Part shown: piece after piece, positions 54,582 to 64,000 of the stretch | Layout of the letters: each line of letters opens with the position of its first letter | Position numbering within the stretch: position 1 is the first letter of the stretch | Origin: Eledone cirrhosa | Taxonomy: Eukaryota | DNA length: 64,000 nt | Direction of reading: 5' to 3' | Assembly: GCA_964016885.1 (NCBI GenBank) | Contig: OZ024748.1 | Span: 9,176,001-9,240,000 of the forward strand | Translations under genes and position numbers: made by a program | The notes under the pieces: model-generated | What the model saw: only the letters and a program-made list of their open reading frames with translations | What the model was told of the DNA's origin: nothing | The model's database searches: none

Positions 54582-55388
54582 TGTGTAATATAGAAATGGC
54601 TTCTACATCTTTTATTTAAACGTTCTGGGTTCAAAAACAACCGATACTAACTCTGTCTTTTATCTTCCAGGAATCAATAAAACAAAGTACCATATAGATG
54701 ATCGACTTATACCCTGCCCCCACCCACCACCACCGTGTGCCCTTGTGCCAATAATGAAAGAAAACTCTTAATTTGATATGACTATATTGTAAAACTTAAT
54801 CACAACGGAATATTTGGTTAGGAAAGCTGAGATATCACAATACGCCCAAACAGAAAACTGATATTACCGCAATGACTCTACTTAGAGATGCTATTATTAT
54901 TATCAGTAGTAGTAGTGGTAGTGGTGGTGGTAGTAGTGGTAGTGGTAGTAGTGGTGGTGGTGGTGGTAGTGGTAGTAGTGGTGGTGGTAGTAGTAGTGGT
55001 AGTAGTGGTAGTGGTGGTGGTGGTGGTAGTAGTGGTGGTAGTGGTAGTAGTGGTGGTGGTAGTAGTAGTGGTAGTAGTGGTAGTGGTGGTGGTGGTGGTG
55101 GTAGTAGTAGTGGTGGTGATGATAGTGATGGGAGGGCGGTGGATTCGTTGGATTTTTTGGGCGTTGGGCAAAATACCTTGCGGTATTTCTTCCGCCTTTT
55201 TTACATTCTAATTTCAAATCCCACAGAGGCTTACTTTGCCTTTCACCCTACCAGTCACATACTGAGGGTTGATGTAACTTGTTTTCTCTCCCACCCCCGA
55301 GATTGCTGGTCTTGAACCTAAATTAGAAACCATGGCTTCCAGTTTGAGGGAACTTCCTTCCTCCTACCCAAAATTTTATGTTCCTTCA

Positions 55389-55419
<31 letters not shown>

Positions 55420-55463
55420 GTAATGGAGTGTATGTGTGTGTCTTTCGCCAGTATGTATATATA

Positions 55464-55498
<35 letters not shown>

Positions 55499-55706
55499 GA
55501 TTGAAAGGTGTAAACAACGGTGAGATTTCCCACTTCAGCCCAGAAAACGGTGTTTCTCAATAAAATCTCTCTTGTATATTGTGTCTTGGGACATTTTATC
55601 TTACCTTCAGTCGTCTATTAACATTCTAATAGAAAGTACTGTGTGGTGGTTGGTGATGATACAGTGTGGGAAGTGTACCGGGTGATGATACTGTGGGAAG
55701 TGTACC

Positions 55707-56436
55707 CAGTGGCGGACTGGGTCTAAAAATATTGGTTGCCAGGAGATGAAAGGGGCCCACCTACATTTAGAATGCTATCATTTAATTTTTATAATGAATA
55801 AATAAGTGGAAACAAAACAGTGCAATCAAACTTTTGGCGGAAAAATAGCTTACCTTCTCCAATAAAAAAAATATGTATTTAACAACAGTTAAACACTGAT
55901 AGGAATAATAAGGTTGTTACCAAAGAACCAGAAGATTGACAAGTCTACCCTAAATATGACCAATAGCTCTAGGAAAGCCATGAACGATAGCACATCTTTT
56001 TAACTTTGATTTTGAATGTATGTTCATAATTATTAATTTTCATTACACTTTTGTAGCTGTCTCGGTGGCCTAGTTGGAGGAATGGTAGACTGTGGTGATC
56101 CTGGTCTGGAGTAGAGTTCCCGCTAAACCTTTTTAGTTTTTTTCTATGGGTTGTAAAATAAAAAAAAACTGAAAGACATTACATGTACCTGTTGACCAGG
56201 ATTGAACCCAAGACCAGGATCTCCACCGTCTCTAGTACCTATCGCTAGGCCACAGAGACAACTACGAAAATCTATTGAAAATTCATATTTATAAACCTAC
56301 TTTCAAAATTTTCAAAAGAAAATGCTGTGGCGTTGTTCATGTCTTTCTTATGTATTTTGCGAAATCCAGAGACACTTGCAACGCTACTGTGGTCTCCTGC
56401 AATGCTACCGTGGGCAACCTGACCAGTCCGCCACTG
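55707..56436. mobile_element. 730-bp non-autonomous hAT element
   Basis: 14-bp perfect TIR cagtggcggactgg/ccagtccgccactg; perfect 8-bp TSD agtgtacc at 55699 and 56437. Confidence 0.93.
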
Positions 56437-57529
56437 AGTGTACCGGGTGGTAATTGGTGTTAATACACTGTGTTTACAGTCAGGAGTTAGAAATATATAT
56501 GGTCAGTGAACTGTGTTACGACTGTAAGGACTTGTTGAGATAATTGTGATAAATGTAGAATTTACTCGCAAGATCAACAAATAACCACAAATGTTTGCTT
56601 GTTTAGTTTTTTTTTCTATTTTCGAGCGTTACTTTAAATCACATAACATAATTTTTAAATATATATAAAAAAAAAAAAAAACAAGGCGTTAAATGTTTTA
56701 ATTATGAATTTATTATAAAATTTACATATTTATAAATATAAATTTGTCTTGATTAATTTCCATCAGTTATAGTTCCAGTTGTTTTATAGAGTTATGTTTC
56801 AAAATATGACTTAGTTTTATAACATAGAATTGGAAATAGTTCCCAATAGATAGATGGTTAAATTCCTCATAGAAAAACACGAGAGAAAACAATGTTGATA
56901 GTTCCTGCAAGTCTGGAAACAGTTACAGGAATCAGAAAGTGAGTAAAACTGTAGAGGCTGAACAATCTTAGATAAAAAAAAAAAGTAGAAGTATAACAAA
57001 CCTTTTTTTTACAATATGGCTTTACTGTCGCTTATAGGCATGAAAAGCACATTGACCAGTCGGCTCAATTTGTAACGAATATTTGGCGAACAAAAGTACG
57101 AAGCCAGCCAAATTAAAATGACATCTTAATATTAGACATGCTTCTTGTACAGGCAAATCTTAACTGTTCGTATTTTTTACGATTACTCTAATGCTCAAAC
57201 GTACAGAAATATCTTCTTTTTTTAAACATAGACTGGTTCTCAAGAAAAATACATAAGAACATCTTATAAAATGTCATATTTAATGAGAAAAGCTATGAAA
57301 CCTTACATAGACGACTGACCAAGAACTTGTGTTGCCAAAAGCAGAGAAATCATAAAAATTAATAACGGAAATACCTGTGTGGACGAAATAAGAAATATAT
57401 TCCACTCTTAAACGATTCAGAATCATAAAAGAATTGTTGAAATATAGACGTGTTATAGAAGGATATAGTGTAACTTGAAGAAATAATTTACAGACGAAGC
57501 ATTTTGTGACACATTGATAACGCATTACA

Positions 57530-58019
57530 AATACCTGTGTTACAACCATCACATACACGTGTCACAACCTTCACATACCTGTGTTACAACCTTCACATAT
57601 CTGTCACAACCTTCACATACCTGTGTCACAACCTTCACATGCCTATGTTATAACCTTCACATACCTATGTTATAACCTTCACATACCTATGTTACAACCT
57701 TCACATACCTGTGTCACAACCTTCACATACCTATGTTACAACCTTCACATACCTGTGTCACAACCTTCACATACCTATGTTACAAGCTTCCCACCCTTGT
57801 ACAATAAACCTCTGTTGTACTCGGGATTTGTCAAAAACCTTCGATATGTATACCAAGCTTGTACTATTATATATATGTGTATGTGTGTACTACCACCTAA
57901 CAACGTCACATAATACTGTGTACTACCACCTAACAACGTCACATAATACTGTGTACTACCACCTAACAACGTCACATAATACTGTGTACTACCACCTAAC
58001 AACGTCACATAATACTGTG
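57530..58019. repeat. 22-bp minisatellite (~11 copies, 57530-57790) and 33-bp minisatellite (4 copies, 57883-58019)
   Basis: acaaccttcacatacct.tg; gtgtactaccacctaacaacgtcacataatact. Confidence 0.92.
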
Positions 58020-58054
58020 GAGTTTCAATGAATGTAACTATTTAGTATATAATA

Positions 58055-58134
<80 letters not shown>

Positions 58135-58249
58135 TGATGTACCCAGTTTCGCCTGAGTAAATAAATGATAAGAGAAGACGTGTAGCAGAGAAAATGACTG
58201 TATTGGATGTTTGTCTGGTTTACAGAATGAGGCGGGACCATGGTGTGTG

Positions 58250-58301
<52 letters not shown>

Positions 58302-58320
58302 ACAAAAGAAAAAACATAAA

Positions 58321-58678
58321 AAAATCTTCCACAAACACCAGATTCTTCGTTTTACCGTCGTTCCGCCACAGTATACGAAGACTTCTAGGTGTTCCGCTCA
58401 TCAACAACCTACATATAACTGTCCATGGGTAAAAAGCGATTTTCTTGTATTCAATTCTACAACTTCGAAACTCTGACCCTGAGCTTTATTTATGGCCATA
58501 GCAAAACTAGAGGAAGGGATAAGGGCAATCTTAGGAATAAATGCATTTTCTCCTTGGTGATTGCCTCCGAGAATAGTGACTTCTAGGAGATGGTTCATCA
58601 TTCTCCTGGCTGTAAAGTGTGTACCATTATATAGAAGGGTCCAGGGGCCTCAAAAGTATGATGGAAGTTCCAATATTT
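58321..58678 (-). mobile_element. Helitron PIF1-like helicase C-terminal remnant
   Basis: IGTSIILLRP..LYNGTH..NHLLEVTILGGNHQGENAFIPKIALIPSS-FAMAINKAQGQS..FTHGQLYVGC ... GKTKNLVF; frameshifts and an internal deletion. Confidence 0.9.
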
Positions 58679-58792
58679 TATATTAGATATAGATATAGAT
58701 AATTATATGCAGAGAGAATCCCTTATGGTTGATTCCCAGTCTGCTAGAAATAGCAGTCAGCTTGGTTAGCATACCCGGGCTGTTTTTCTTCT

Positions 58793-58972
58793 TGGCAGTA
58801 TCAGTAGAGGGTCGGACGCCATGCTTTCTAGCATAGAGTTACGTCCCTTTACGGACTGGGTTCAAATCCCTCCAAGGTTAACTTTGCCTTTCATCCTTAC
58901 GTGGTCGATAAAATAAAGTACCAGTAATGTACTGGGTAATTGCTGGCCTTGTGCCAAAAGTAGAAACAATTA
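58793..58972 (+). mobile_element. SINE family A
   Basis: high identity to other copies. Confidence 0.9.
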
Positions 58973-59340
58973 TGTGTTTCAGCCGACTGGCTGTGGCCAT
59001 GCTGGGGCACCGCTGGGTTAGAAGCTGAAACTGGTCGAGCTCGAGGTCGAATCTCCACCTCGTATAGAGAGAGAAATCACAGGCGTTATAGTAACATTAC
59101 CTTCCTCTTTCCACTTCTTTGTTAAGGGAGGGAAGGGGAGAGAAAGAAGGAAAGAAAGAGAGAGAGAAACCAATTGTCAGAAATATTACCTTCCCCTTCC
59201 CCCTTCTTTAGTGAGAGAGAGAGAAAGAAAGAGAGAGAGAAAAAAAGAAAGAGAGTGAGATAGAGAGATAGAAGTGGTTGGTGTTACAGAAATATTACCT
59301 TCCCCTCTCCACTTACTTTGGTAAGACCGAGGGAACCACT

Positions 59341-59364
59341 GTTGCTATAGAAACGTTCCACGTG
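59341..59364. promoter_or_regulatory. RFX X-box (GTTGCTATAGAAAC) next to E-box CACGTG
   Basis: exact fit to GTHNYY-AT-RRNAAC at 59341-59354; CACGTG at 59359-59364; motif match only. Confidence 0.3.
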
Positions 59365-59765
59365 CCACAAGAAACCAGTTCCTGGCGGTTTCGTTCTGTC
59401 ACCTGGCACCACCTCTTATACACTTATTTGCCAGTATATATAATATATTTTATATAATATATATATATTATATTATATTATTATATATAGTGTATATTAC
59501 ATATATTATTTATAATATATATTGTATATATATAATATTTATTATAATATACACTATATATTTAAACAATATTTATAATGTATATAATATATATTACATT
59601 ATAAATACAATATATATTATATTATAAATATAATACTTCAGGCAGGACCGGCTGGAAGGCAAGTTTGGCGAATTAGCCACCACGTGACCTTCCTGGGAAT
59701 AAGTTGGCAAAGTAGAAGAAGAAGATATAGTAGATATTATAAGGGAAAGACAGAGAGAGACAAAG

Positions 59766-59903
<138 letters not shown>

Positions 59904-60197
59904 GAATATAAAAAAGAGATAAACACAGATATATACATATATATGTGTTCAAATCGTAAGGGACTAGATTCGCTAGGGTATAAAAATAAAAATTAAAAAA
60001 ATAACAACTATGAACAATAGGGTTTGCCAGACTCAATTTAAAAGAATAAATTAAGAAAATTGAGTTTCTAACTCAATATATACCTTTGAGATATATATAT
60101 ATATATATATATATTATTGAGTAAAATGAGAGGAGGCTGGGCTGGTGAAATTCCTTCAAATATATATATATATATATATAAGTTTTAATATAGATGA

Positions 60198-60246
60198 GAT
60201 TCTACAGGACTAGAACTGTTTCATTCTTTAGAAATCATCAGGAATC
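60198..60246 (-). ncRNA. hammerhead ribozyme motif (mirror of 60269-60317)
   Basis: exact reverse complement of the plus-strand motif. Confidence 0.7.
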
Positions 60247-60268
60247 CTGATGATTTCTAAAGAATCCT

Positions 60269-60317
60269 GATTCCTGATGATTTCTAAAGAATGAAACAGT
60301 TCTAGTCCTGTAGAATC
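60269..60317 (+). ncRNA. minimal type I hammerhead ribozyme motif
   Basis: gattc-CTGATGA-tttc(taaa)gaat-GAAA-cagttctagtcct-GTA-gaatc: 5-bp stem I, weak stem II (U-U closing), 4-bp stem III with ctag palindrome in the loop, GUA triplet. Confidence 0.7.
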
Positions 60318-60403
60318 TCATCTATATTAAAACTTTTATACTCTGCAATGTATTGAGTACCTTACTTACTGTGGTTACCTCCGATTCAACCCGGAATCAC
60401 GTA

Positions 60404-60518
<115 letters not shown>

Positions 60519-60580
60519 ATTTATATATATATATATAAATATATATATATATAAATATATATATATAAATATATATATAT

Positions 60581-60703
<123 letters not shown>

Positions 60704-60711
60704 AACACATA

Positions 60712-60789
60712 CAGGCTGTCCGAAAAAATGTATACACACTTCAACAGTATTCTAATAAAAGTGTGTATACATTTTAGGGGGACACCCTG
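60712..60789. mobile_element. Tc1/mariner-type MITE with TA on both sides
   Basis: ta|caggctgtcc..aaaatgtatacacac / gtgtgtatacatttt..ggacaccctg|ta. Confidence 0.8.
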
Positions 60790-60959
60790 TATATATATAG
60801 TTAAGTCCAACTAAATGTTAGGGAATTCCTTCCACGTGGTTTTTTGATCTGAATGCCGTAAGTGTTTAAAGAATTACCAATAATTAGACTGTATTGATTT
60901 AATCGATTAATATAGAGACACTCCTGCTGATGGAGCTGAAGAAAAAATCAATAGCATTG

Positions 60960-61601
60960 TTATGGTGGCGGTGGTGGTGGTGGTGGTGCTGTTGTTGGTC
61001 GTGGTGGTGGTGGGGTTATTGGTGGTGGTGGTGGTGGGGTTATTGGTGGTGGTGGTGGTGGGGTTATTGGTGGTGGTGGTGGTGGTGTTATTGGTGGTGA
61101 TGTGGTGGTGTTGCTGGTGGTGGTGTTGTTGTTGTTGGTGGTGGTGTGGTGGTGGTGGTGGTGTTGTTGTTGTTATTGGCGGTGTTGGTGGTGGTGGTAG
61201 TGTTGTTGTTGGTGGTGGTGGTGGTGGTGTGGTGGTGGTGTTGTTGTTGTTGTTATTGGCGGTGTTGGTGGTGGTGGTGTTGTTGTTGGTGGTGGTGGTG
61301 GTGTTGTTGTTGTTGTTGTTGTTATTGTTATTGGCGGTGTTGATGGTGGCGGTGTTGGTGGTGGTGTTGTTGTTGTTGGCGGTGGTGGTGGTGTGGTGGT
61401 GGTGTTGTTGTTGTTGTTATTGGCGGTGTTGATGGTGGCGGTGTTGTTGGTGGTGTTGTTGTTGTTGTTGGCGGTGGTGGTGTGGTGGTGGTGTTGTTGC
61501 TGTTGTTGTTGTTGTTGTTATTGGCGGTGTTGATCGTGGCGGTGTTGGTGGTGGTGTTGTTTTTGTTGTTGGCGGTGGTGGTGTTGTGGTGGTGTTGTTG
61601 C

Positions 61602-61641
<40 letters not shown>

Positions 61642-61720
61642 GGCGGTGTTGATGGTGGCGGTGTTGGTGGTGGTGTTGTTTTTGTTGTTGGCGGTGGTGG
61701 TGTGGTGGTGGTGTTGTTGC

Positions 61721-61754
<34 letters not shown>

Positions 61755-61900
61755 GGCGGTGTTGATGGTGGCGGTGTTGGTGGTGGTGGTGTTGTTGTTG
61801 TTGGCGGTGGTGGTGTGGTGGTGGTGTTGTTGCTGTTGTTGTTATTGGCGGTGTTGATGGTGACGGTGTTGTTGGTGGCGGTGTTGTTGGTGGTGTTATT
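60960..61900. repeat. (GGT)n/(GTT)n compound trinucleotide array
   Basis: direct inspection. Confidence 0.95.
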
Positions 61901-62075
61901 GTAGAACGTCGTACACCGTGCTTTGCAGCATATAGTTACGGCCCTTAATTTTCTGAGATCCAATCACGCCGAGGTTGGCTTTACCTTTCATCCTTACGGG
62001 ATCGATAAAATGAAGAACCAGTAACAACAGGTGTGTATGTCTTTATTGGCAGCATGACTCTCCCAAAGTATAACA

Positions 62076-62121
<46 letters not shown>

Positions 62122-62814
62122 GTGTGTGTGTGTGTATGGTGTTGCTTTCGGTTGTTAACGTTCCCCTGTTCTCTTGCGACATGTAGCGAGCCCGTTGCAA
62201 TGGAGGCGTCTGGTGTCCTTGTGTCCTAGGACCACCTCCCTACTCGCTACCATCGTCTCCATCACCATTCTCTGTTCAGACCTAACATATATTTATTTGT
62301 CAGGTTTATGTCCTTTCCAATACTATTTTCTTTAGCTGTATCTTCCCTTACCATTCCCCGGGACATCATTGGGGTAACTTACATAGGTGAGCGATTATCT
62401 ATCGTTCAGGTGACTGCTTTGTTTACCACAGCCAAATAAAGCCCTTGTCCAAGTTCATGGTGAGGCAGTTTCTAGGTGTGGTCTCATGGTTTCACGAATC
62501 ATACCGACGGCTCGTATCATGTGGTTGAGTGGTTAAAGAATTGGATTCGCAATCGTGACATTGTGAGTTCGATTCCCAGACCGGGCCGAGCGATGCCGTA
62601 TGTCCTTGAGCAAGATACTTTATTTCACATTGCTACTTCTGCCTGGATTTGCGACCGATAGATAATATTAGCAATTGGAAAGATCAATGGAAGCATTGTT
62701 TCCTCGGTCCGATTTGACGAGATCCACACAACGTTAAGCGAATGAGGTCTGGGAACTTGTCGATCAAATGCCGAGGTATATATATATATATATATATATT
62801 GCGTATGATTTAGT

Positions 62815-63095
62815 GGTGGCACGTGGCCTAGTGGTAAGAGTGTTGGACTTATGATCATAACGTCGTGGGTTCGATACCTGAGATGCGTGTTGTGTTGTGT
62901 TCTTGAGCAAAACACTTCATTTCGCGTTGCTCCAGTATACTCAGCTGAAAATGAGTACCAGCAATAGCTGGAGGTTTAACCCTGTGATGGACTGGCGTCC
63001 TGTCCAGGGGGGAGTCTTGTACTCTCAGTCGCTTCACGCCATGAAACCGGGATAAGCACCGGCCAAATGAACCTTCTGGCTTAAGACAGACTTTA
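62815..63095 (+). mobile_element. full-length SINE family B (tRNA head plus Nin/Deu-like core)
   Basis: A-box tggcctagtgg, B-box ggttcgatacc, core gttcttgagcaaaacactt..aaatgagtacc..aaccctgtgatggactggcgtcctgtccagggg; candidate TSD cgtatgatt at 62802 and 63110. Confidence 0.85.
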
Positions 63096-63222
63096 GCCTT
63101 TTTTTTAGACGTATGATTCCAGTTCCTTTAAGGACCAACAACACACCCAGGAGCTGGACATATCGATGAATTAACAGGGTAGAACCCATTACAACATCAT
63201 TTTTTCCTGTTTTTTCTGCCTT

Positions 63223-63289
63223 AATTCTTACTGCCTGATGAGGTCACAGCCAATAATGGCTGTCACTGAAATATGTATAGCAGCGAATT
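63223..63289 (+). ncRNA. minimal type I hammerhead ribozyme motif
   Basis: aattc..ctgc-CTGATGA-ggtcacagcca(ataa)tggctgtcact-GAAA-tatgt-ATA-gcag.gaatt, then aataaa; 10/11-paired stem II. Confidence 0.8.
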
Positions 63290-63582
63290 GGAATAAACGA
63301 AGCCGTTTTTAACATGTTTGACTTACACATATTATTTTAAATATATATAGATATATATTACTGGTTTCAGTCATTAGACTGCGGCCATGCTGGGGGATCA
63401 CATTGAGAGGAATTTTATGTGTCATATCGATCTCAGTATTTATTTTGTCATCGATATTGTGTGTGTGTCTGCATGTGTGTACGTGTGTGTGTGTCATAAA
63501 ACCCCGTATACTCATTTCTATAGCTACGTCAATCCTACCTTACACTACAATAACTCCTAATCAAGCTGTAGTATATTATATT

Positions 63583-64000
63583 AGGGCGTCCCTTTACGAT
63601 CTGAGTTCAAATCCCGCCGAGGTTGACTTTGCCTTTCATCCTTACGGGGTCGATAAAATAAAGTACCAGTAATGCACTGGGTAATTGCTGGCCTTGTGCC
63701 TAAAGTAGAAACAATTATATTAGGGCGGTGGATTGGCAGTATCGGTAGAGGGTCGGACGCCATGCTTTCTAGCATAGAGTTACGGCCCTTGCCATTCTGA
63801 GTTCAAATCCCGCCGAGGTCAACTTTGCCTTTCATCCTTACGGGGTCGATAAAATAAAGTACCAGTAATGCACTGGGGTAATTACTGGCCTTGTGCCAAA
63901 AGTAGAAACAATTATATTAGGGTGCCGCGTGGTTTAGTGGTTAGGGTGTTCGGCCTACAGTGGCCAGTTATATCCTTGAACAAGACACTTCATTTCACCT
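63583..64000 (+). mobile_element. stack of SINE A (truncated), SINE A (full) and SINE B head
   Basis: each unit is preceded by attatattaggg (~63575, ~63714, ~63911). Confidence 0.88.

Noticed and set aside
62815-62885. tRNA genes at SINE heads
   Set aside because: A/B boxes run into SINE bodies and no intact cloverleaf is evident.

Overview
Repeat-dense, AT-rich animal genomic DNA with one 200-N scaffold gap (22240-22439). The tRNA-derived SINE families and the microsatellite load suggest an octopod cephalopod (inference only). No protein-coding exon can be called with confidence, and nearly all ORFs in the track are low-complexity artefacts. Recognisable content: about 20 copies of one tRNA-derived SINE, about 9 copies of a second (Nin/Deu-domain-like) SINE, and decayed RTE, R4/Dong-like and Tx1-like LINE pieces. 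There is also a mariner transposase remnant with a 35-bp minisatellite inside it, a Helitron PIF1-helicase remnant, several MITEs (one hAT MITE with a perfect 8-bp TSD) and many minisatellites. The most notable signal is a set of short non-coding elements from several unrelated families, mostly embedded in (TA)n tracts. They carry minimal type I hammerhead ribozyme motifs: seven complete cores (20636, 22756, 22958, 23256, 60198, 60269, 63223), one degenerate core and several half-cores. Three families share one layout: a fold-back inverted duplication over the ribozyme, then an unduplicated 3' tail with a TTGAGT(A/G)C motif. This fits non-autonomous Penelope-like or retrozyme-like elements that target microsatellites.
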